NCBI GenBank assembly: GCA_030141605.1
Contig: JAQGDQ010000361.1
Location: 62,001 to 126,000, forward strand
DNA from: Tubiluchus corallicola
Lineage: Eukaryota; Animalia; Priapulida
Length of the DNA: 64,000 nt
Reading direction: 5' to 3'
The notes beneath the pieces were generated by a model. The model worked only from the letters and a program-made list of their open reading frames with translations. It did no database searches and was not told the DNA's origin. A program made the translations under genes and the position numbers. How positions within the stretch are numbered: position 1 is the first letter of the stretch; each line of letters begins with the position of its first letter. This document shows positions 38,201-50,515 of this stretch, piece by piece.

Positions 38201-39246
38201 CAGTGCAACCGTATTTTCACAACTATACATTGTTATGACTTTTCACTTTTAAGTTTCGACTCTGATTTTTGTGATGAAGTAGAAGTTTGTTATTTAAGCA
38301 TGTAGCCTATGTTAAGTTTGTTTCAAACACACGTAGTTCGTAGGAGAACCGCTGTGTTGCAAAAGTAAATTCGTTTGGCGTAGGAGTAGTTCTTGTGCGG
38401 AATCAGTTAAAAAGGGATGCCACAGAAAAGACGTCCTTTAGTTCAGAGCTCCAAGGCTGAATAAAGATTGAACTACGACAGCAACGGCCTTGAACAAAAA
38501 CTTTAACAAGGTGGTATTTACAGAGTTTTATAGTCTTCAGTAATTGGCTAAGCATGATATCGAACCAGTACCTAACCATTGTAACAACCAGCGCTTTGAC
38601 AATAATTCTGTCCTACACTTATTTTTGACAAGTTTTAATGTCCGCGGGTATGCAGTTAAAATAACATCAAAATTTGACAAAAGTATTGATCAAAATGGTT
38701 CAAATGTGACTGCATCAGACCTATATAATAAATATTTATTTATTTACGATCACCCAGAAGGCGGTGGGCTTTATTTCTAAGCCAACTTTAGCGCTTAGCG
38801 AAAGCGTATTGGGAATTTACCTAGTTTTTACCACAAAAACCAAAGATAAATTACCACGTATACAATCGACTAAGCTTTTTCAGCAAAGCGTGTCCATATA
38901 AGTGCTGAAGCTGCAATAGAATATTCCTATACGGCGACAATTTACAAGCTAAAATTAGGATTTACATAATGAGAGATGCAATCGAATTTCGTTTTTTTTG
39001 TACATTTGCGTATAAATAATTTAAAGATCGTGTTTGCAGTAATTTCGAATTATAAAACTGACATTCGTCTGGACTTGTGTGAAAGGATTGGCCTTTAATA
39101 AAAAAGCGTGATATTTTTCGCAACTGTGTTTTCGGTTGGTATTTATCGATTAAGATTTACTTCAGCTTCCAAGCATGAAAGTACAGTAAAGTTTTTTCAA
39201 ACTTTAATTTCTGTTTTTTGGTTAAAAGGCCAAGGCTTTTTGTTAA

Positions 39247-39762
39247 AGCTCAAGTAACCTTTCTTCATAAATAAAGCTTAAAAAATCCTCTTGAAATTTA
39301 CTTAGATGCTGTCTTATTGGATACAGGACTTGCCTTAGCAGTAACGCTATATAGAATTTGTATATTTAAACTCCCTCGATGAATGTTAGGGGCAGCCATT
39401 TTGACGATAAGTCGTTTGAAACAAGTTTAAAAAACATTGTTTAAAGTTTGAAAAAATAAACAGAGCAGTCTTAGTGCACATTTCATTAACTAATCAAATT
39501 CACAAATTACTTTATATTGTCAGTAAGACAAATCGTGTTTTTGATGAATTAGTGGTGCACACTGGGATAGTGATACAGTGACGTTTCACTAGTTGGTGGA
39601 AACATTTTGATTAGTAAGATTTTTTCCAATTTCATAAGTCTTTCAATTAAGTTAAGCTTGTTTCAATGTTCGCGAAAAATGTCAGAACTATTTAGTAATA
39701 AGTGCGATAATTACCTCGTGTGATTAATAAAATCACTTTAAAGTCTCGATCATTCTTCCACC
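39247..39762 (-). mobile_element. Kolobok-like MITE family B, diverged
   Basis: TTAA then AGCTCAAGTAA; core CAGCCATTTTGACGATAAGTCGTTTGAAACAAG; right end approximate. Confidence 0.7.
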
Positions 39763-40324
39763 AGTGTTGTCAATCGGCGATTGAAGAAAAGCAGCACACT
39801 GTCAATTCCTTTCGTGAAAGTTTGGTAAGTTTCAGCAGTTTAAATTAGTTTAAGCAGCGTGCGCCTATAGAAAGCCACATTACGCTTACGAAAACTCACG
39901 AAGTCCACCAGTTACGTCATAATTTTCAAGCGAATGGCGGGTACCAAAGCACCTGAAAATTTCTATACAGCGACAGTATAAATTAAGTTTATACTTTATA
40001 GATAGTTTTTTGCAAATTTTTTTGTTGCATTTTCTAAGTTAAGGCTGTGGTTGGGATAAACCCAACATGCTAAATGAGTTGTCGTTTCCTTTAATGCTAA
40101 GCGGAAAAGGTTTTCAGTATAGTTAACGAGAAAATTGGCAAGCCAATTAGGGTGGAAACAGCTTGTCCTTGTGTTAAAAGCGGAAATGCTCATGAGTTGG
40201 TAAGAAGATTTATGATGAGTTGAAACAAGTATGTAAGCCACATGTGGTTAAAATTAGAATTTTGCGATCAGATTTGGAATGAAAGGCTTGTCTATGTATC
40301 TTTCTATGTTTAAACTGAACGCAA

Positions 40325-40378
40325 TGAGCCTTTTCGCAGTTTCGTTTTGCGCACGCGCAGTTGCTGTAGGTCAAAAGC
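40325..40378 (+). mobile_element. Family C MITE left-end fragment
   Basis: GAGCCTTTTCGCAGTTTCG...GCGCAGTTGCTGTAGGTCAAA, then replaced by a hexamer array. Confidence 0.75.
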
Positions 40379-40379
40379 C

Positions 40380-40840
<461 letters not shown>

Positions 40841-40944
40841 TATAAAAATATGAATACACATTAAAATATATACACGCATCAAAAGCAACATAATAATGAG
40901 GGGCGGTGTGTGTGTGGGGGGGGGGGAGTTGAGACACAAAGCGC

Positions 40945-41195
40945 AAACAGAACTTTAATCGCCGTTTAAAATCGTCTGCATTTCGGGTTTTTACCAATGG
41001 TACGTCATTTACAAATTCTGGCAAACTGTTCCAAATCGGAACAATTCTATTAGAAAAAAATGATCAAATTTTTTAGCAGATTGCCTATCATGCAATTGTT
41101 ATTTCTTGTCCGGCTAGACGTAATTAATGTAAAAAATTGTATCTGTCTATATCTGTCTTTATGCATGATTTGATAACACAGTACTAAATGTACTG
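40945..41195 (-). mobile_element. CR1 LINE ORF2 C-terminal fragment
   Basis: Minus strand reads FSNRIVPIWNSLPEFV...ADDFKRRLK. Confidence 0.75.
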
Positions 41196-41712
41196 CTGCT
41201 ACTACGACTATTACCGCTTAGTTCAAGTACGTTCAGGGGAGTGGGGTTGCTCCCATTACGTTAGAAACTGGAAGGAACACTAATACCCCCGAAAATCAAA
41301 GATTGTGTCATTTTTGTGATCAGTTAGCGGTCGAGTCTAAAAAGCATGTTTTCATTGCGTTGTTCCCTTTATTCGCATTTCGTTATTCCAGTGTCTAAGC
41401 GGAAAAATAAATAATTTTAATGAGTTCAACGATAATGATAAATTATGTCAGATACTGTCAGGTGATATTTGTTTAAAATAATGTTCCAAAACCTGCCACA
41501 TATTGCTAGAAAAAAGAAAATTTTTTAAATAGTGTAATAATGTGTTTTAATGTTTGTTTAATGACTGTTTTAATTTATGTGTAAGATGATTGTTTTTAAT
41601 GATTTTTAAGGTGTCTCGTAACTCTGTCGATCGAGTGGCATTTATTTTACTGTAACTGTGCGTACTTTTTTGTTTTAAACTGTTGTAAAATTAAAGGTGA
41701 AATTATAATAAA

Positions 41713-41956
41713 CTAGCTATACCATATTATACTATGCTATGCTATACTGTGCTATGCCATGCCATACTATGCTATGCTATGCTACACTACACTACACTAC
41801 ACTACACTACACTACACTACACTACACTACACTACACTACACTACACTACACTACACTACACTACACTACACTACACTACACTACACTACACTACACTAC
41901 ACTACACTACACTACACTACACTACACTACACTACACTACACTACACTATACTATA
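41713..41956. repeat. (GCTAT)n/(ACTAC)n pentanucleotide array
   Basis: Direct reading; follows AATAAA at 41707. Confidence 0.96.
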
Positions 41957-42549
41957 AGATACGTTATAATTTTTTGACAGTTAAAGGCGCGTCAGCGTGT
42001 TCCATTACGGACATCGTAATCTAGTGTGTAAAAATTTACAGCCCTCAACCGTTCCAAGCACGCGATCCTAAACGCCTGCGAGTGTTTTTTCATTGGTCAC
42101 GTTACACAGTTGAAACACATGCACGCCAAAGCTCTAGATGAAACCACGTTGCAACTGCTTTATGAATGAACAAGCAGCACAGAAAGAGAGAGCTTAGCAG
42201 CGCGTATTAGTTGCTCAGCATGAATGAAGAAGAGTTGTGTAGGCAGAACGTGAGCGGATAATATAACTAGATTCAGGCTAAGTGTTGAGCTGACGTGTTA
42301 CGGTTATGTACTTTACGTGTTTGAGGAAATGGACGTAGTTACTTACGTCATGCGAGTGTTTATGTGTAAGGAATACGCGTTGAATGTAACTTTCGGAATC
42401 TGTTGTGCAATAGTTTGATAGGTATGGGATATTCTAAAACACATTGTTACTGCTGCTGCTGCTGCTGTTCCTGCTGCTTACAAAGACGACGCACGTAGTA
42501 TGAAACAAACAAAAAAATAAATAGATAGCCGGAAGAGTGGTGGTAGTGG

Positions 42550-42704
<155 letters not shown>

Positions 42705-42922
42705 TTTTTAAGTTAATTTAGAGTCTGTATAAAGAATGACCGTTATGTTATAAAATGGGAAAATTTCGTCAGTGTGACAGTGTCTTTAGTTAATTTGCAG
42801 AGGCTGTAAAATTTTGTTTGTACACAATTTAATTTCACAGATTAAACGAAGTCAAATATGAAGTCAATGTTGGATGTTGAACTATAATTTTCCGTATGTC
42901 ACGCACATAATATAATAATGAT
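42705..42922 (+). repeat. Interspersed repeat F (inverted partner 56268-56478)
   Basis: Long matching blocks such as TTAATTTGCAGAGGCTGTAAAATTTTGTTTGTACACAATTTAATTT. Confidence 0.9.
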
Positions 42923-44159
42923 ATGGTGATGATGATGATGATGATGGTTGTGATGGTGGTGGAGGTGGTGGTGGTTGTTGTTGTTGTTGTTATTGTTGTT
43001 GAAGCAGTAGTAATAGTTTTAGTTAAAGTGGTTGAGATAGTGGTTACCGTTCGGGTAGTGGTAGTTTAGTAGTAGTTGTTGGAGTGGTAATGGTGTACTT
43101 GTAGCAGTGTTGTTGTTGCAGATATCATGAAATTGCACCAATAGAATAAAAATTCAGTGACGCCACAAATTAAACGCAATTTCTCTTTTGAGATGGATTG
43201 ATTTCGATCAATATCTTATTACTTCTGATTAATTGTTTGATCTACTTGCGCTTCTGCTTGGCGTCCCAACTATTCTAAATTTTTCCATTACTTAAGCATG
43301 TTTATATGGGTAGGTATAAACACTCTAACATATGCAAATTCCCTGCAAGACTATGGAATCCTCCCGGAAGCCATGCATGTAGGCCACGTGTGAAGGAGAA
43401 AGCCAAATATTATCAGATGTTTTACTGTCTTGTGAAGGACAAGCATGGCAGCAAGTACATAGTCATAAGCTGCAGGACAATTTTGTACAGCTTGTAGTGC
43501 ACGTGTGCATGAAGTAGACCCACTTCAGAAAAATGTTTGCCGAGACACTGATTTTGAAAAAAAATGCAAGGATGCTGTTTGACAGACTAACACTAAATAT
43601 AGTAGTGATGATGATGATGGTTGTGCTGCCGACAACGACGATGATTATGATGACTACAACTACGACGACGACGATGATGATGTTGATGTTGCTGCTGCTG
43701 CTGCTGCTGCTCAGTTTATTTTTTTGAGCTGTGATACTGCAAGGTTAAAATGCGAATTTACACTAAAATAACAAGTTATGCATGATTTTTTCTATTGATT
43801 CGCAGGCTGCTTCATTATGGTTTTACTGAAGTTCTTATATTTGCATAATGCATCGCGTTTTGTCGTGAGAATTGCATTTGTTAAGTATTCAATAAATGAA
43901 AACTCTTTTACTCATTGAGTGCACTTTTCTTGCACGCAAGTGTGAGAAAATTCAACAACAGTACAAATGCTGAAATGTGGATAAAAAACATTAAGGCCAT
44001 GAGAGTTTATGCACCGAGCAAACAAGTGATGTGTGGCACTTGCGTAATTTTCCTGTTAAATAAATAAACAGGAAAACTCCTGTCGACTCACTGTAATGCT
44101 AAGCCACAGTTTTGACTCCTGCATGTTTTGAGGGTTTGACCATTGTGTGATTTCTGAAT

Positions 44160-44549
44160 AAGCCCTTTTCATAGTTCCAGCGATTGAATGATAATCGTGA
44201 AATGGTCAAAGTTTTAGTGTACCAGACAACGCATTTGTGTACCACTTGACAACGCCTCGCAGGACATGCTATTGTAATAGTAGCAGTTTCAACAGCTAGC
44301 TAGAACCTTACCTAGTTCATTTTTTCTTGTTCCTAAGCAAACTTACTAGCAAATCACTCTACGCACGAACTAATGCATAATTAAGTAAAGTACACGTAAA
44401 ACAGCTGATGTTACTGAACTGATAAGGCAGAAATCTCTGCTTTACACAAATGTCACGTGACCGTTATAGTTAAGACGCGTTGCTGTGGTACACTTAACCT
44501 TTGACTTACAGCAACAGAGCGTGTGCACAACAAAACTGTGAAAAGGGTT
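44160..44549 (-). mobile_element. TIR MITE family C
   Basis: AT-flanked ends AAGCCCTTTTCATAGTT and AACTGTGAAAAGGGTT; reverse match to family C. Confidence 0.8.
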
Positions 44550-44790
44550 ATTTCATTGTGTTCTAGGGTCCTTTTAATTGTGTGGTAGCAAATTGCAATT
44601 TTCTGTGTTATGGAGATTAGTAGGCCTAAGGTGTTACATTTCAAATTTATGGTCCTGATCCCTGATAATCAAAGGTATTTTATGGCATTTTGATAAACAA
44701 CAAAAAAGTTTGCTCCTCTTACAATAATAAGGAGTTAGTAGCACTGGGCCCGGTTAGCATTTGCGTAAGAATGTATATGGAATACCAATA

Positions 44791-44791
<1 letters not shown>

Positions 44792-44861
<70 letters not shown>

Positions 44862-45474
44862 CTTCTTTCTCTCTCTCCTTCTTTCTCTCTTTCTTATTGG
44901 GAGAATTTTTTTATTTTTATTTCTCTCCCCTTCTCTGTCCTGTTTCTCCTCCCCTTCTCTGTCTATCTGTCTCTCTCTCTCTTTTTCTCCACCTCCCTCC
45001 TACCTCTTCTCTATCCGCTTCTCTCTCTCTCCTTTCCCCTCTCTGCTTCACTCTCGCGCTTTCTCTCCATCTCTCTCCTCCCTCTCTCGCTCTGTCTTCA
45101 TCTTTCTACTTCTCTCCCACCTCTTTTATCTCTCTTTCTTCCTCTCTCACTCTCACTCTCTCCTCTGTTTCTCTCTCTCACTCTGTCTTCCTACCCTCCC
45201 TCATTCTTTCTCCCTTTTTTACTTTTCTTTCGCTCTTTCTCCTTTCTTTCTCCCCACCCCCTCTTTCCCCTCTGTCTTTGTTACTTTCTTCCTCTTTCCG
45301 TACGTCCCTCCCACCTTCTCTACCGTTTTTCTCCTTTCCCCTCTCTCTGTTTTTTCTCTCGCTACCCTCCCTCACTCGCCCTGTCTTCCTCTTTTTTACC
45401 TCTCTCGCCCCTCTCTGTATCGCCTTCCCTCCTTTTTGATTCTCTGTCTATCTGTCTGACGGTCTCTCTCCCCC

Positions 45475-45526
<52 letters not shown>

Positions 45527-45533
45527 CTCTCTT
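44792..45533. repeat. (CT)n and degenerate polypyrimidine tract
   Basis: Direct reading. Confidence 0.95.
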
Positions 45534-45940
45534 CAAGTTGAACATAAGTTATATCGCCATCATAAAAACGCATATCACGCTTTATCAAAAGGGCAAAGTG
45601 CCTTTTTACGATTCAGTTTTCTTGAGAATTATAGTCTCTCATTGCAGCCATTTTCCACAGAAGTCTGTTAATGATTATTATGGCAATTTTATGGCAGCAC
45701 TTTATTTCGAATTTTCCATTTCGAAGCGTTTTATCACTAGACATTTATAATTTTTATGCTACTTTACGCGGAACAGTTGATTAATTAACATGTAATCACT
45801 TTACTACACCCTCCTTCCTTGAAAGGCTGTTAAGGCGCGCGCATACGAAGACTCCTACCACACACTGTCGTCATGCAGTGACTGTGCTTTTAGAGCTTGT
45901 TGTGTTATCAGCTTACGAAGCAGGCCTATAAAGTTTACAC

Positions 45941-46382
45941 CTTTCGCTAGTTAGACAGGCACTAGCGCTTGCATTTTCGTAAAGCATTGCACAGAAAACA
46001 GGCGCTGTACCTCTCAGGTCAGATGTGTTAGTTTGTGGCAAACTGCACATGTCCTACAACTCATGCAAAAAGCACATCGGTAAATTTGAAATTTAAAATT
46101 ATCTTAAAACTTGCCTAGTTTTAGTACAACGCACTGAATATCTTACAGTAGCGTTATCGTTCAATTTTCGCTTTCGCAAACACGTACAACACGCTAGTGT
46201 AATATTTTTGCTGTTGAAAATTATGTTATAACATAAAATAACATAAAATAACATCATAACATAACATGAAAAGTTTGTGATATCATTAATAGTTGGCCAG
46301 CTGTTTACTAATTTTTAATCTATTATCTAATTATCAGAAACGTTTCTGCAAAACTAATTGTGTTATAATGTATACTTTTTAT
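45941..46382 (-). mobile_element. Kolobok-like MITE family A, internal fragment
   Basis: Reverse match to 7555-7960. Confidence 0.75.
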
Positions 46383-46519
46383 TGAGAAGTCTATTTTTGC
46401 TTTTCTGCTGAAACTAATCATTTGCTTTTGAAATTACAATGATAAAAGAGGCTGTGAACCAAATACAAAACACTGAGCCTTAAATGAGATTAGCGAAAAT
46501 ATATTTGAATCTTATAATT

Positions 46520-46628
46520 TATAATTCCCCACACAATTTAAATACCCTAACCCTAACCTCAACTCTAATTCGAACCCTAGTCCTAAACCACTTCACGAAC
46601 TAAATTCTAGTGTGTAGGGAATTGTAAA
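46520..46628. mobile_element. Small TIR element with TAACCC-like repeats
   Basis: TATAATTCCCCACACA / TGTGTAGGGAATTGTA arms around CCCTAACCCTAACC variants. Confidence 0.55.
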
Positions 46629-47095
46629 CTTCAACCTAATTGAATATTTAATATGATTAAATAGTGTTTGAGTCAAAGCCCATTTCTTTTTGTCTGGAAA
46701 CTAGATTGTCTTTTTGTGCTAGCCTTTTGATCGAAAATACGTCGCCACTCTTGTGGTTTATCTAAGCACGAGCCCATATTAGAGCTGCTTCATCAAACGG
46801 TAAACGTGGTCAAGTTATATTACATGCCTTGAATCTCGTTTCAGAAACTTTTGAGACCTAAAATCAATCCATTTTATTCAATCTTTCTTTTGCAGTTGCA
46901 GCATGTGATTCGCCTTTTGTATAATTCTCTTGGGTGGAAATTATAGCAAAGTGAATTAGGGAGGAATTTGTATCAGGATGAAGTTCATTGGTCAATTGAC
47001 GTTATGAGATGATGTATCCCTTGATTTACCAATTCATGAAATGACATTCATAGCTGAATACAGACGTCACATGTGTTGTTTGTACCAGTGGCTTG

Positions 47096-47392
<297 letters not shown>

Positions 47393-47779
47393 AAATGCAC
47401 ATTCTGCACAGCAGTACCTGAGTATTACCTAAAGGTGGACATGTTCGCAGGTTTGTAATTGCATGCGTTATTGACATGAATAAATTTGCTGCTAAATGCC
47501 AAAGCTCCTTGCAACGACTTTTGAGCAACGTTTATATCATTCAAGTGACTTGGTTCCAGATGTTATGATGCGCCACAGGAGAACTCAATCACGCCGAGAG
47601 ATTCATTTATATTCGCCGCTCACAATACCAACGTATCTATACACACACTAGTAAGTAAGGATTATAGCATCTGCAAACAGCTAAAGAAAATCCTTCCTGT
47701 AGCTAGTGAATCCGTTAAACACCCAACACAATTCCATTTACATATTTGGAATTACCTTGTGGCACAAAATACCTAGTTC

Positions 47780-48058
47780 ATAAGATTAGATAAGATATGA
47801 TAAGGTAAGGTAAGATAAGGTAAGATAAGGTAAGGTAAGGTAAGGTAAGGTAAGGTAAGGTAAGGTAAGGTAAGGTTAGGTAAGTTAAGGTAAGGTAAGG
47901 GAAGGGAAGGGAAGGTACGGTACGGTACGGTACGCTACGACACACGACACGACACGACACGGCACGACACGTCAAGACACGACACGACACGACAAGACAA
48001 GACAAGACGAGACGAGACGAGACGAGACGAGACAAGACAAGATACAATAAGAAAAGAT
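47780..48058. repeat. Compound pentanucleotide array with stepwise motif change
   Basis: TAAGA, TAAGG, GAAGG, TACGG, CACGA, CAAGA, CGAGA, CAAGA, TAAGA in succession. Confidence 0.95.
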
Positions 48059-48945
48059 ATTTATTCAGGAAAACTTAATTGAACAAACTTCATTTACAAC
48101 AAGGCACTGATTGGTGGTTTTAATTTCAAAATTAATAAAAATAAATAGATACAAGGACGCAAACATGAAAATTTGCAAACATACACAAGAATCGTACAAG
48201 CATTGTGACTTAAAACATAAGGAAATAACCATAATTTGTGGGTTCATTAATAGATGGTACCACTGTTTGCTTCTTAAAGATCACAGAAAGGAAAGTAACA
48301 AACCTGTGATGTTCTTTTGTTACCAAAACGGTAGGTCTTCTCATTTTTCTTGTAGAACTCGAATGATTGGTCGCGCCTTTGTATCTCAAATTTTCTACTG
48401 CGAATACATGTCTCAGCTTTTATTTTCCGCTAGAATAAAGCTAGATCTAGGTCATTCATATATAATATAGGAGATGTAATGGAAATGGCTGATAATGGAC
48501 TTCTACTTTTTCGCAATCCAGTGCGTTTAACTAATGAAAATAAGGTGGAGCGCGACAGCATCAAGTTCTAGGATCATGTATGTAGGTTGTCCGGTAGATT
48601 TAAAAAGTATCACTTGTAAGATACTTTGTGTTAAGAAACACAATTAATCGGTTTGGTCTTACCACTTTTCATTGTTAGGAATAAAAAAATATCAACGTCG
48701 TTTCTGAACAAATGAATCATAACGTCTTTCTCATTGAGAAACGAATCATTGTCCCGTACTGATTATCATCGCCAGATTTGCAAATGTCGGTACTGCTAGA
48801 TATTGCAATAAACATTCTAATTCCAAAAGTAAACCCTTTTTAACAGTTTTGTCGGTTTTTATTTATTCCTCACGCAAGGGCATAATTTCTTGGCACCCTT
48901 ATTTTGTGTAACTTGCAATGCAAAAAACAATCTTTCTACTCCAAT

Positions 48946-49305
48946 AAGCCTTTTCATGGTTTCGTTGAACGCACGCGCCGTAGCTGTAGGTCAAATGCTA
49001 AGTGTACCATAGCAGCGCGTCTTAACTACACCCGTTCAAAGTAGTCAAAAATAAAGCCGTCTGCTGCTTCAGTTCAGTAACTTCAGTTGTTTTAAGTGGA
49101 CTTTAGTGAATTATGCATTAGTCTGTGCATAGAGTGATTTACTAGCAGTATCTTGCTTATGAATAAGGCAAGGTTCTAGCTAGCTGATAAAACTGTTACT
49201 ATTACAACAGCATGCGCTATCAGGTGTACACAAATCGTTGTCTGGTACACTTAACCTTTGACCTTTTCATGATCATCATCAATCGGTGGAACTGTGAAAA
49301 GACTT
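48946..49305 (+). mobile_element. TIR MITE family C
   Basis: AT-flanked ends AAGCCTTTTCATGGTT and AACTGTGAAAAGACTT. Confidence 0.8.
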
Positions 49306-49892
49306 ATTGTTATATATTCATGGATGCCTGATTAAAAATTGAAATGTGTGCAACATTATATAGTTAATATATAACGACAGCTAACTGATCAAAGGAGATT
49401 TTATAAATGTTTGTTTCCAACATAAACATTTTCACTAATTTATTTGATCGCTTATACAGTTGTTTATTTTTCTGTTTATCGGTGTATTGTTTATATTAGC
49501 AGTGTTACGTATGAATGTGTTTCGTTCATAATAAAACATCTTGCAGCACAGAGAAATCACGAGGAAACTTTCAACAGCCGCGAGTCCTTGTTTACACACT
49601 TTAACAGGAGGGGCATGAAAACCTCGTTATGTTCTTACAATTGCTTCTCTTTACGGGCAGCACGAATGTGTATTGATTCACTGTAGCTGTATATACAATA
49701 TGAAAGAGTTATACCTGACATTAAGAGCTGCTGTAACAGGTGAGAACCAGACGAGGGGAAACGAAATGACGGGAAGAGAAGCGTAAAGCATGTTTTTGAT
49801 CTTTTTGATAATTATTATTATTGCGTCATTTTCTACTGGGAATCCAAAGTTCCTTTGTTGCAGTAATAACAGCAGGGTGATAGATAGGCGGG

Positions 49893-50139
49893 AACTGTGA
49901 GGTACAGTACCTCTTTTTGTATAATGCCTTTCCGAAATGCAGGCGCTGGTGCCCGTCTAACTAGCGAATGGCGAAATGCATGTAACAGCGAAAAACTTGG
50001 GGGCGAATGCGAAATTGTATTTGTGTGGTTATAATTATTTCACATAAGTCTTTTTTGAAAAAAAAATGTGTGTTCCCTTTCAATATACTAAAGAGTAGAT
50101 AGTTTTGACCTAGATGTTAAAATTGGATCCGGTTTTGTT
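49893..50139 (+). mobile_element. Kolobok-like MITE family A, right-end fragment
   Basis: Ends TCCGGTTTTGTT then TTAA at 50140-50143. Confidence 0.75.
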
Positions 50140-50250
50140 TTAAGCGTTCTAGCAACTGTCATAGCCCTGATAACTCTTCTTGCGCCAGGATATGTAAACT
50201 AATGAAAAATCTGCTGGCGAGTAAAGGAATTTTTGAATTTTTAACAAAGA

Positions 50251-50267
50251 TTTTTTTTTACTTTCAG
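50251..50267 (+). promoter_or_regulatory. Candidate splice acceptor for the TMEM200 coding exon
   Basis: TTTTTTTTTACTTTCAG, 248 nt upstream of the ATG; alternative TTTTCAG ends at 50495. Confidence 0.55.
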
Positions 50268-50515
50268 GTAGCGTGATCAAAACTGCATGGAGAAATTCAG
50301 TAAGAAAAATGTCAAGAAAACACTGGTATGAAAAATTGGAAAGTTAGTTTCAAAGTAAGAACTATGACGTAAGCGACCTAAGCGTATACAAATGTGAACT
50401 AAACATATGAAAAAGTAAAATGTGGAAGAGAAACTGCTGAAGATGAAGATACCGTGATATCTGTTTTATAAGCATAGTTCTGAAAAGATTTTCAGATGCT
50501 TAGAGTAGCTTAACT

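Noticed and set aside
46545-46590. Telomere or chromosome-fusion scar
   Set aside because: Only a few degenerate TAACCC units, enclosed by inverted repeats.
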